A DNA stretch of 60,961 nucleotides, counting the filler, from Nemertoderma westbladi (taxonomy: Eukaryota; Animalia; Xenacoelomorpha): assembly GCA_032718475.1 (NCBI GenBank). It is 2 parts of 2 records of this genome, joined end to end, with 100 filler letters (N's around TTAATTAATTAA, not from the genome) between each part and the next. Parts side by side here need not be neighbours in the genome. Positions count along the whole stretch, not along the records: positions 29,627 to 60,961 come from JAUCBJ010007592.1; 1 more part is not named here. One strand, 5' to 3'. Shown here in pieces: positions 32,304 through 43,377 of this stretch. Made by a program: the position numbers and the translations under genes. Position 1 is the stretch's first letter. Each line of letters opens with the position of its first letter. Below the pieces are notes generated by a model that worked only from the letters and a program-made list of their open reading frames with translations, was not told the DNA's origin and made no database searches.

Positions 32304-34442
32304 ATGTCATCATTTGGGAGACGCAATCAATTATCTGATGCCTTTGATGGTTCATCCCATGGAAGATTTCAGCCATATCCATCAAAAGCAGGGAGAACAG
32401 TTGTAAGCAACAAATATGTGTCAAGCCCTAAGCGTGTTGTAGTTTCCAATATCCCAGTAGAATTGACATGGCGTGATCTAAAGGATTTTTTAAGACCCAT
32501 AGTTGGTGAAGCAGCTTTTATCGATATGCCTCCCAGGGAAGGCATTGCGTATGTAGAATTTGCAAACATTGAGACTGCACAGAAAGCGTTAAGAATTGAA
32601 TTGGAGGACCTTGAAATCAAGGGTAAAACACTTCAGATTAGAGAGGAAACCGATAAGGACCGGTCATTGAAAAAAAATGTTCCATTAAGAAATAGGCCAT
32701 TCAATGAAAAGGGTTTTAAAATGGAAAGTTATCCGCATTTACTTAGTGAAAATCCGCTTCATCCGGGAGATATAAGTAATTCTAGAAATGTATACCATCC
32801 CAGTTTCACAGATCTTCTAAATAACATACCGATTCATCGTCCCGGTGTTATGTATCATCCTGGTGACATGAATCAACCAGGTGATGGACGTTACCCAGGT
32901 GAGATGAATCGTCCTCGTGAAATGTTTCATCCTTACCCACCCCCAACTGGTGATATAGGCCTACCTCATCCTAATGACATTAATCCTGGTAACCATCCTC
33001 ATCTCATGCGCCACCCCGATGATCATCACATGAGGGATCTACCACAAGTAGTACATCAGCCCGACCATCATAATTTTCAGGACACCAACGTTTCTCATGG
33101 CAGTGCTATAGCAAACCCTCTCAATACAGGTGGTGATATATCATCCATCTTAAATCAGTTAGGCCCACTAGCTAAGCTGATTATGACGCCTCAAGTGCTT
33201 GATGCTGTACGTGATGGTGTGTTGTGTGATACTGTTTTCGTCTCTAATCTTGATTATGGTGTGAAACCAAAGCAATTACGCGATATTTTCCGTGTCGTTG
33301 GACATATAAGGAATTGTGAAATTATGGAGGATCACAAGGGTGTAAGTAAGGGTTTCGGAACTGTACAATTTTCCATGCCGGAAGAAGCATTGAAAGCTAT
33401 CGCCACTTTTCATGGTCAAATTCTTAATAACCGAGCGCTTGCAGTTAAATTTGATGATAAATGCTTACGTAAGATTGAGCGACAATATCCACGTGATACA
33501 CCCCTAGTACCGCGTGGAGGCCCACTGCCACCATTGCCCGCTCCCCTTCAAAGTTCTTATCAACATCATCAGACACATCAATTTCCTCTGCATCAGTGTC
33601 AGGCTCCATTTGACAGGAGTTTTGAACAACAATCAGGTAGGCAGCTAGGTTATTCGTCAAATAATCTTCAAAGTCGGCCATTTAGTAATGTAGACTATGA
33701 TCATGGCAGTAGGAATTTAGGTGAAATGCCTCATGTTGGGGAATTTCCAGAACAAAGAAAACCAGATCCACCTCATGAATTACAACAGCAAAACGAATCA
33801 GTTGGCATCCAATCATCCTCTTCTCAAAATCAAGAAGTATTGTTGCAGACTTTAGTATCTATGTTGAAAAAGGATAAGGGTGAAGGTGGATCTATGTTAA
33901 AACAGTTGGGAAATATTTTGGGACAAGTTGAAAAGGATTCATCAGTGACACAGCAGATACCATCTACTGAGAACCCTGGATTAGGAATTCCACCACCAAG
34001 CGGAAATTTCCATCCTAGTTTCCTTGAGAGATTTCCACCACCAACTGCTAATTTACATCGCAGTTTTCAAGACGGTGTGCCGCCACCGATTGTTACACAT
34101 GTGAGGCCGCCCCAGATTGCCACTTACAATCCACCAGGAGTTAAGATTGCCCCTAATGCAACAGTCTTTAGTGGTATGGGTGACATGCTGCCGAGTACTA
34201 ATCCATCCAGTTATAGTGTCTTTGTGGGGAATCTTCCTTTCGAGTTTACATGGCAACAGTTGCTTGAAACATTTAAAGTTGCTGGTAATGTTGTCTTGTC
34301 AGAGATAAAGATGGATGGGTTGAGATCTAGAGGCTGTGGTGTTGTTTGCTTTGATTCTCTTACTGCCGCTAAAACAGCTGTTTCTATGTTTGATATGAGA
34401 ATGATTGGTGGAAGGCCTGCAAATGTTAGGCTCATGACTTAA
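32304..34442 (+). CDS. HNRNPM: hnRNP M / MYEF2 (rumpelstiltskin)-like three-RRM RNA-binding protein, 712 aa, uninterrupted CDS
   Basis: RRM1 VVVSNIPVELTWRDLKDF..IVGE; RRM2 TVFVSNLDY...GVSKGFGTVQF...FHGQILNNRALAVKFD; RRM3 VFVGNLPFEFTWQQL...RSRGCGVVCF. First ATG at 32304 follows a T-rich AG acceptor ending at 32293, suggesting a 5' UTR intron. Confidence 0.88.
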   Translation: MSSFGRRNQLSDAFDGSSHGRFQPYPSKAGRTVVSNKYVSSPKRVVVSNIPVELTWRDLKDFLRPIVGEAAFIDMPPREGIAYVEFANIETAQKALRIELEDLEIKGKTLQIREETDKDRSLKKNVPLRNRPFNEKGFKMESYPHLLSENPLHPGDISNSRNVYHPSFTDLLNNIPIHRPGVMYHPGDMNQPGDGRYPGEMNRPREMFHPYPPPTGDIGLPHPNDINPGNHPHLMRHPDDHHMRDLPQVVHQPDHHNFQDTNVSHGSAIANPLNTGGDISSILNQLGPLAKLIMTPQVLDAVRDGVLCDTVFVSNLDYGVKPKQLRDIFRVVGHIRNCEIMEDHKGVSKGFGTVQFSMPEEALKAIATFHGQILNNRALAVKFDDKCLRKIERQYPRDTPLVPRGGPLPPLPAPLQSSYQHHQTHQFPLHQCQAPFDRSFEQQSGRQLGYSSNNLQSRPFSNVDYDHGSRNLGEMPHVGEFPEQRKPDPPHELQQQNESVGIQSSSSQNQEVLLQTLVSMLKKDKGEGGSMLKQLGNILGQVEKDSSVTQQIPSTENPGLGIPPPSGNFHPSFLERFPPPTANLHRSFQDGVPPPIVTHVRPPQIATYNPPGVKIAPNATVFSGMGDMLPSTNPSSYSVFVGNLPFEFTWQQLLETFKVAGNVVLSEIKMDGLRSRGCGVVCFDSLTAAKTAVSMFDMRMIGGRPANVRLMT

Positions 34443-34654
34443 TGATTTGAAGATGAAGAATTGTACCGAATTTATCTGGTCTTGATTTTGTTGTGTCTTT
34501 ATTTGTAATGTAAGTGTATATTAACTCAACTGCTATGTATTTTGACATTTGAATTTAAAAGGAAGTGTTGATCTTGATTCTAGCTGGTTATACTCGAGGT
34601 AGTAGGTAATATAATATATCAATGTTAATTAAGGTATAATGTTTTAATTATTTG

Positions 34655-34840
34655 TGTTTAAACGGGAATTTAACGGGATTTGTTTTATTTTCGGGATTTG
34701 AACTGAAATTGAGACAATTTTAATTTCTCGTTAATATTTTAAATTTGGGATCTCGTAAAAACTTCACCTATATCGGAATTATATTTTTTGTCGGAATCCT
34801 GATTTCTCGAGATATTGGTCAGAATCCCCGTTTAAACATG
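34655..34840. mobile_element. Small hAT-like MITE with CGGGAT subterminal repeats; relatives at about 44271-44618 and 45281-45415
   Basis: GTGTTTAAACGGGA...CCCCGTTTAAACA. Related copy TAGTGTTTAAACG...CTTAAACATTG rich in CGGGATC. Confidence 0.55.
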
Positions 34841-37513
34841 TTACACCATTAATGTATCATTATTGTGGTGTATTGTAAGTTGTTAGGCAGTCTTTCTGTA
34901 GTTGTAGTAGTGAATTTCCCAGGCAAAATAGCCCATTTAGTAAATATATGTAATGTACACTATATACACACACACAGTATTTGTGTATTTACATTGTCTT
35001 GAGGGCAATGTATTGCTTATTTGTATTTGTGCATAAGGCCATAGAGCAGGGCGATCAGTACTGCGACTTTGTTTCATGTTTCTTTCATTATTAACTTCTT
35101 GTTGACCGGTTGCGAACATTTATTAGTTAGTGTAAAACTAATTTGGCTAAGAAATGGTTGTAGTTTTTAATTCTAGTAAAGTCCGCTTCACAGATACACT
35201 TCGATGTGTCTGCGCTGAGGTTATGCATCGCATTTTGAACTTAACAGGAATTAATGCAGCGTAACGTGGTAACATTAAATCTATCCTACGTGTCTGTCGG
35301 AGCGGCTATTTTCTTAATCCTTATTCCTACTCCTAATTTACAAGCTTATTTACATTCATGGCATGTATATACTATATACCATATTTTATTAAAAAGTAAG
35401 TGTTTATGGCTTGTTAGAACGCACGTGCAGTTAGTTCAGTAGCCTTCCAAAATGCTTTTTATTTAAATAAGTTTGTGGTCCAATATTTGTCATGTAATAA
35501 TATATTCGTTGAGGCTGTTTGTATTATTAAATTGTGGGTCGATGAGTCAGTTTCGAAATGGCATTAAAATGTGTCTAAAGGAATTGTGTCCCTGTTTTGA
35601 ATTTTGAATTCGTTAGTACTTTACCATGTAGGGGAAAGGAGAGGGGTAGGTCTGGATGTTCAATCCAGGTCAGATTGGGAACTCAAATTATATGTGGTGT
35701 GTATCATATGGTGTTCATTTAAACTTACTTCACAGTGTGGTGATGTCTTTTAGGATTATTGATAAAACATTTTGTTATTCCGTTTTGTTTTTTTTATCAG
35801 GTTGAAAATCAACTTATATTGAAAGGTAGATGTTGATACTCATACAAGTGAATTAAATGGTATTTCTGTTAGTGAGCTTCGAATGTATTATTGGATTTAA
35901 TTAATCGTTCTTTTGTATCGGAATCTTATTGAATTTGCCATATTTGCTCGTCAACTACTTTTTAACGATTCTAATAACAGATGGAACTAAATAGTTGTGC
36001 TGAATTGTAATGTCAAGAGATTAACCATATTGAAATAGCCACTGACACATTGTAGCGAGGGCCTAGGGGCGTGATACAGATAATCGTAATTCAACGCTGT
36101 CGCTTATCTTCTGATTGATTTTTATATTTGATTCTTAAGACGAGAATAATGTTATATATAATTATGTTTACAATTTGTATTACTCTATTACTAGGCGCAG
36201 TTAGGTGCGGGAGTAGACGCAAACAACAATCAACAAATAACAGCTTATTACGGAACAGTAAACTGTGCGCTATTGACTTTGGGTATTGTTTAGGTTAGAT
36301 TAACATGCCACTCTAACCTGTTGGTTATTATTTCTTATTGATAAAAACATTTTGATACGCCAAGACGAGATATTAATTCACCGAGATTGAATTTGCTTCA
36401 ATATCCCCTCCCACCGTCTCAATTTGGGGCAGTGCGGTGCGCCTTTCTTTTAAGTGTTGTCTAAAACAATTGGATGATTTTGTTTTTATGTTGAGTTTTC
36501 TAATTATTATTGTAAATGGTAGTAAAGTCCAATTATTATTAAATGATAATGCTGAGTTGTTGACGTAACGAGAGTCGTTAAAGTTGGAAAACCACTTCCT
36601 AATGTCTCCTTAGCATTTACTGCGGTAAGTCACACATTCTGCTACTCACTATATCATTTATTTTCGTAATGAATAATGAAATGGTCGATTATTCTCACGT
36701 TAAAAATATGGGTTGTTTGATCAAGTTGAAATTTAAATATAGATTGTTGGAGATTTTCATTAGTTTTAGGTTCAATTATGGATTGTAATCGGTTGAGCTA
36801 ATTAACGCTGGTTGATTTTCGGATGACTCATTAGCTATAATTTTAGTAGCCTGTTGTTAATATATTTGACTGGTCTGCGATATCCTCGGAATCGATAAGT
36901 ATGTTATTTGTAAGCACTGATATTGGCTTGAATCGCTATTTTTTAATTTTTATGAAAAAACTGGCAAAAATCGTGAACGTGTTACTATTACGATTATTTA
37001 ATTAGTATTTATTTAGAATTAAAATCATTCTAGAATTTAGTTTTACTGTGATTTTAGTGTTCGTAAAGGTATATCGTTACACTACGTACTTTATTACACC
37101 ATAACCCTTAATACAACAACCATTTTTAGGGGGTCGGAGCCCCCCCCCCCCCCCCCCCTAATTTTTTTCAAATTTCAATAAAATGCTACGAAATTTGGTA
37201 TGATGATAGATCGACACCTTTTCTTACTGGTGACCTGGCCGGATTTTTCAATTTCTCAATTATTTCTATACAACAAGCCCTTAAAAATGTCTATTTAGCA
37301 ATGTTTAACCACCCCGTAGACTTTTTTTTGTCTTTAGAATGTAATCTGGATATCATTAGAGCCGAGCCGCCTTCATCTGCAGTTTCCAAATCAGAAAACC
37401 GTTTTAAATTTAACCAAAAGTGGCAAAGATATTATCGAAAAACTAATGTGCAAATTTTGAGACGTAAATCGCTATAATTCTGATGTTTTTTTGTCTTTAT
37501 TCTAAATATATAG

Positions 37514-37794
37514 ATATATAATGTAAATAAGACAATATGATAATGCTCTCCATAGCGAAAAATATCAACCGGCCTTATTGGGGCTCGAACCCGGTACCTA
37601 GGTTTCAAACTTCTGGTTATCATCAGCCGGGTGAGTGTACTGAGCTACCAGGCCGGATGAATATTTCGCTATGGAGTGGAAGATCATATTAAGGCCATAC
37701 AATCGCCCAATCCACTCCGGTCAATCACAATTACTCCGGTTGATATTTTTCGCTATGGAGAGCATTATGATATTGTCCTATTTACATTAGATAT
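37514..37794 (-). mobile_element. Non-autonomous Penelope-like/SINE-like element with 59-bp inverted repeats
   Basis: 37514-37572 is the near reverse complement of 37736-37794. It encloses a tRNA-like sequence and a hammerhead motif. Confidence 0.7.
37569..37656 (-). ncRNA. tRNA-like Pol III unit containing a type I minimal hammerhead ribozyme (37589-37632)
   Basis: Minus strand: CCGGCCT GG TAGCTCAGT ACACTC ACCCGG CTGATGA TAACCAGAAGTTT GAAA CCTAGG TA CCGGGT TCGAGCCCCAATA AGGCCGG. Shows acceptor stem, A box, hammerhead core with stem I ACCCGG/CCGGGT and GUA site, and B box GGTTCGAGCC. Confidence 0.8.
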
Positions 37795-37796
37795 TT

Positions 37797-38026
37797 AACT
37801 AGCAGGCAATACCCGAGGCATGTTACCCGGTATTTCTCACTACCGGCATAGGCCTACTGGCGTATTGGTACCGGTATAGGCCTACTGACGTACCGGTACC
37901 CAGTACCGGTACCGAACGTGAATTAAACTTTTCGAAAAGTGGCCTATAATGACCGCTGGTTAAAGTTATACACACATGCCAAGTTCCAGCGCAATCCCTC
38001 CGCCCGTTTTGGAGGAGTTTGAACAC

Positions 38027-38060
<34 letters not shown>
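37797..38060 (+). mobile_element. Short Helitron/Helentron-type non-autonomous repeat with (GA)n tract
   Basis: Starts ACTAGCAGGCAATACCCGAGGCATGTTACCCGG. Contains CATGCCAAGTTCCAG...CGTTTTGGAGGAGTT and then (GA)n, a DINE/Lep1-like layout. Confidence 0.5.
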
Positions 38061-38061
<1 letters not shown>

Positions 38062-38572
38062 ATTTGATTTTTATCGATTTTTGTCGAAATAGCTCATAAA
38101 TTGAAAAATCCGGCCTGGCCAGGAGTAAGAAAAATCAGTCGAAACTATCATCATACCAAATTTCGTAGCATATGATTGAAATTTGAAAAAATTAGGGGGG
38201 CTCTGACCCCCTAACAATTGTTGTTGTATTAAGGGTTATGGTGTATTTGAAAGGGTCACTATTCAACGTTTAAGGTCTTTGTATATTTATTTAAGTAAAT
38301 AATAATCAATTATACCCCATGACCCGTAATATAGTGTCATTTTCTAATGACACGGATACCCCCCCCCCCCCCCCCCCCCCCCCAATATTTCTACAAATCT
38401 TTATCATATTGCTTGAAATTTGAAACACAACTAGTTCAACTCACTGTGGTTGATACCATGAAGCCGGAATTTTCGATTTCGCCTTTAAATTTTTTTTATA
38501 AGCGTTTTAAAAATGTGTCTTGCGATTTGCACATCAATCATCGCCATTCTTCACATTAACCTCACTTTATAG

Positions 38573-38975
38573 ATATCATTAAAAAGCTTGCGGTTCAAGG
38601 ATTCCAAATATGTAACAATATCTGAATCTCGTTGAGAAACAGCTGAGATATGGCGTTCAAAGATTGCAAGAAGTATTGTTAGCTGCAGGCCATTTATTCT
38701 ATTTAATAAATACACAAAATTCTAGAACGTGTTATTTATTTTATGAGTTGGTGGGCAACAGCGCGAGCGGTATTCCTATCCAATATATATATTGCGTAGC
38801 TATTCATACTTAAACAAAATGTTCCAGAACATTGTTAATTTATTAAATAGAATAAATGGCATAGTGAACGATAATTCTTGCAATCTTTGAACGGCTATAT
38901 CTCAGCTGGTTCTCAACGAAATTCAGACATTGTTACATATTTGGAATCCTTGCAACGCAAGCTTTCTATTGATAT
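38573..38975. repeat. Inverted repeat pair of about 100 bp (38573-38670 and 38874-38975), DNA-transposon-like
   Basis: AAGCTTGCG..CAAGGATTCCAAATATGTAACAAT.TCTGAAT.TCGTTGAGAA.CAGCTGAGATAT..CGTTCAAAGATTGCAAGAA and its reverse complement. Confidence 0.85.
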
Positions 38976-38993
38976 TAAACAATTACGACTAAT

Positions 38994-39674
38994 GTGAAGA
39001 ATGGCAATGATACAGAGGGTGCGATTTCGCAAGGTTTTCCCCAAGGGGGTCCTCTTAGTGGACCTTTGTTTACCAAAGACACTGATGAAATTCGAGCTGA
39101 CGATGGATCCCTAGCAAAATATTCTGATGACTCAAGAAATCTACAGGCGATAAGGCATTCCGCAGAAAATGACAAATATAAGTCTAACATCCAGCGAATT
39201 GTTGAGCTATCACATGGAAAAAACTTGAAGATAAACGCAAAGAAATCTGAAGAACTATGTTTCATTCCAATGAACATTAAAGAACAGAAAGTTCTAGATA
39301 TCGCAGAAGAAATAATCTACATAGATGGTGACGAGGTTCCGCGTCCGTCCGAAGTGAAACATCTTGGAATATGGATTGCAAATAATCTATCATGGAAAAC
39401 TCATATATTTAAACTTATAAAAAGGGTAAATTACATAGTTCGCCAATTCAGTTTTTTCATCCGGTTTGCAAATAAAGATACAAAAATATTTCTCTTTGAA
39501 ACTTACATTGTACCACAATATATGTACTGTGCGGTTGCGTGGGTCCCCCTCATTCCAAAGAATCTCAAAAAGAAGTTAAAGAGGCCACTGTCGCTGTTTG
39601 CCAAACACTCAAAAATATCGTTCAATTGTCAACGTATTTTCAATTTTTATTTATTTATTTATTATTTTACTTAG
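38994..39674 (+). pseudogene. L2/CR1-group LINE reverse transcriptase, C-terminal half
   Basis: GFPQGGPLSGPLF, KYSDDS (YxDD), INAKKSEEL, VKHLGIWIANNLSWKTHI, YCAVAW. Truncated at both ends. Confidence 0.88.
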
Positions 39675-40348
39675 CCGGATTTTAATTTTTATTAAGTTGC
39701 TAATCTCAGCTAACAAGTGATACATATACGGTTTAAAGTTTTATTTATTTTTACTGGAAATATTCAATTTTTAGCTACCGGGGGGGGGGGGGGGGGGGGG
39801 GGGGAATTTATCATACTTTTTAAAGTAATTTTAACGTATTATTTCTGTAATTATAAAGTTTTATGTAATCTGTGTTTTGCCCACACTTTACTACCGTGTT
39901 GTTTAGCCTACAGTATACTGATCGTTTGGAGCCGATTCAACTACTGTTGTAAAGCTCATCCACAGCTCAATACAATGGGCCTGTTGACGTTGACAGAAAC
40001 GTCAATGCTAAACTTCCTGGCAGCTGATAAACAAAAGTATAGCCGAAACTCATAATATGTGTGTGTTGAATTCAAGTCAGAACGGTTTTTCTGTAACTCA
40101 TGAGTTTTCACAAAGTCAGAATATATTTCTTCAATAATACCCACCAAGTACAACTGACAATCGCAAAACTCATATTAGAGTCAGCCAGTTTTCTACAGTA
40201 GTTCATAATGCCAAGTTTCCGCTTAAACGAATTAAAATCAATGACATGGTGGAAAGTTTCCACTTTCCGACATTTCGTCCTTTAGTGGCAGACTTGAGAA
40301 CTGCAGACAGATGACCTTCCTTACAATGACGCAGCATATGTATGGCTT

Positions 40349-41366
40349 GGTATCCATGGTTTGGTATCCATGGTTTGGTATCCATGGTTTGGTATCCATG
40401 GTTTGGTATCCATGGTTTGGTATCCATGGTTTGGTATCCATGGTTTGGTATCCATGGTTTGGTATCCATGGTTTGGTATCCATGGTTTGGTATCCATGGT
40501 TTGGTATCCATGGTTTGGTATCCATGGTTTGGTATCCATGGTTTGGTATCCATGGTTTGGTATCCATGGTTTGGTATCCATGGTTTGGTATCCATGGTTT
40601 GGTATCCATGGTTTGGTATCCATGGTTTGGTATCCATGGTTTGGTATCCATGGTTTGGTATCCATGGTTTGGTATCCATGGTTTGGTATCCATGGTTTGG
40701 TATCCATGGTTTGGTATCCATGGTTTAGTATCCATGGTTTGGTATCCATGGTTTGGTATCCATGGTTTGGTATCCATGGTTTGGTATCCATGGTTTGGTA
40801 TCCATGGTTTGGTATCCATGGTTTGGTATCCATGGTTTGGTATCCATGGTTTGGTATCCATGGTTTGGTATCCATGGTTTGGTATCCATGGTTTGGTATC
40901 CATGGTTTGGTATCCATGGTTTGGTATCCATGGTTTGGTATCCATGGTTTGGTATCCATGGTTTGGTATCCATGGTTTGGTATCCATGGTTTGGGGTTTG
41001 GTATCCATGGTTTGGTATCCATGGTTTGGTATCCATGGTTTGGTATCCATGGTTTGGTATCCATGGTTTGGTATCCATGGTTTGGTATCCATGGTTTAGT
41101 ATCCATGGTTTGGTATCCATGGTTTGGTATCCATGGTTTGGTATCCATGGTTTGGTATCCATGGTTTGGTATCCATGGTTTGGTATCCATGGTTTGGTAT
41201 CCATGGTTTGGTATCCATGGTTTGGTATCCATGGTTTGGTATCCATGGTTTGGTATCCATGGTTTGGTATCCATGGTTTGGTATCCATGGTTTGGTATCC
41301 ATGGTTTGGTATCCATGGTTTGGTATCCGTGGTTTGGTATCCATGGATTGGTATCCATGGTTTGGT
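40349..41366. repeat. 14-bp minisatellite (GGTATCCATGGTTT)n, about 72 copies
   Basis: Directly visible and highly homogeneous. The unit contains the palindrome CCATGG. Confidence 0.96.
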
Positions 41367-43377
41367 CTCACAGGTTTCAGATTGAACGGACCATAAATAC
41401 CGAAATGAGAGAAGGATTATACTATCGGATATTTCGCCCTTTAGCGCCAGAGTGGGGAACTGCAGACGTTTCATCCTCCCTTAAAAAAAGACACATATGA
41501 CGGTGACCGTCTTCTTGTATCAGCAAATTCTGTTACCAAATAACTAATAGCAGGGCGCTTGTTTAAAACTGGGAGAGCGGAGGCAACATCTGTAAACCGC
41601 TATGAACCGCGATACATCTGTAGGCTACACTGTAGATGTAGTAAAAATAAGTGAATGTTATTATTCCCGTAATAATCTAAATTAGTTGGCAAAAACAAAT
41701 TACAGAAGGCATACAGTACATTAAAGTAAAGTCATACCAGAGCATGGTAAATTTAATCCAAAATAATTATCATTGTGAAAAAACATAATGTATTCGCCCG
41801 ATTTCCTCGTTGTAAAACCCACAATCTTTTATTATTTACTTCTTCTAGTCAGGTATGGCATAACGAATCGACAGAAATATCCATTTTGTTTGTTTTTAAT
41901 ACTTTTGTTTCGTTTTCGTTTCGTTTTTACAAATCCGATCAAATATTCGTTTAGTTTCGTTTTTTAACAATCTATGGAATTTTCGTTTCGTTTGATAGAT
42001 TTTAAATTCGTATTCCGTTCGTTTCGTTTTTTTCTAAAGTTATTGATTTTATAAAATAAAAGTTTTAAATATAATAACCGCCCCCCATACCAACGAGACG
42101 GGGGGGGGGGGGTATTCTCAATTTAGGGAAGGGCAGGTTACGGTGGCACGTTATTTTAACCAAAACAATAAACTAAATACAATAGAACAGGTTACAGTTT
42201 TATTTTTGAGAGTAATCATCTTTTATTTGCGTCCAATTTCCCCTGGAGAGGGATGAATTTTTATTGCGTCCAGTTTCCGGATTTCCGGTCGAGTTTCAGT
42301 TCTGATACCAACACCATATCTGCGGTATGTCTCCTTTTGAGTTTTTACACTATACTGGTACCAAGTGCAAGTAAGCTTACCACCTTGAATTACCAATTCA
42401 TATTATATTCGACGGACAATTTTGAAATTCAAGTAAATCCAATTTAACTCAGATTATATATAAAAAAAACTACTGCTAATTATTATTTCGTTCTATTTTT
42501 CAATTTACACTTAAAGTCATTTAATTTAACATTTAACAATATCAAATGAATCCATTATCAAATCGGCGTAGGTTATTGGTATTGGTTTTGGTGCTATATA
42601 TAAAAAATATCCGGCTTTGGCCGAAATTACGGCCGGATTTTTTTTACAAATCCGGCTGCTCGGCCGGTTTGAAAATGGCCAATCCAGCACATCCCTAGTT
42701 ATTGTTATTTGTTTTACCCGAAAATGTAGCCTATTAGTCACAAATAGTTAGTTACATTATCTTGACACTCCCAAAGCATACAAAATGGTGTGGGATGTTC
42801 CTAGCGAGAATTGAAAAATTTCGATTTAGATTAGTCTAGATTTAACGTAGCTCACGATTAACCAATCAGAGCATCGCATTCATAGACCCCCCATGTGTAA
42901 GTGAATCTCGAGCCACCCAGAGTGTAGAGACTATGTAAAGGTAAAGGGATGTTCCTAGTGAGAATTCGAGAATTGAACAATTTCGTTGTAGACAAGAATG
43001 TAGCAATTTTCGTTACAAAGTCGAGTTTGATCGAGATTCAGCATTAAAGAATGTACATGCTTCCATCCATTCTTTATTACAGTATTATTGGTACCGGTAA
43101 GTAGCCTTCTACTTAATGTACGCGTTGCTCTGTGAATAATTTATATAGTTACAGTTACAGAGAGATATAGTGTATTTATACAATTACAATTCCTGTAATT
43201 AATATTATATTTTTTTGTTATCCTTATACAGGCCTGAATAATTTTGGTGCAAACTGGTTTGGGCAGAGTAGAGTCCATCATATTCATAAGTTTAAACAGA
43301 GACGTAAAACTGCCAATCACGTGCAGTGAATTCGGGAAACTGGATGGCAACTGGTAAATAATGTGATTGTGTCAGAG

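Larger units (their letters stand above)
37097..38243. mobile_element. Tc1/mariner-type MITE with TIRs of about 160 bp and nested insertions
   Basis: TA|CACCATAACCCTTAATACAACAAC ... GTTGTTGTATTAAGGGTTATGGTG|TA. The inverted arms include ATGCTACGAAATTTGGTATGATGATAG. Confidence 0.85.

Noticed and set aside
37569-37656. Functional tRNA gene
   Set aside because: No anticodon arm (hammerhead in its place), incomplete D-arm and imperfect T-stem.
40203-41500. Overlapping MDTKPWIPNHGYQT / MVWYPWFGIHGLVS ORFs
   Set aside because: Translations of the 14-bp minisatellite in all frames.
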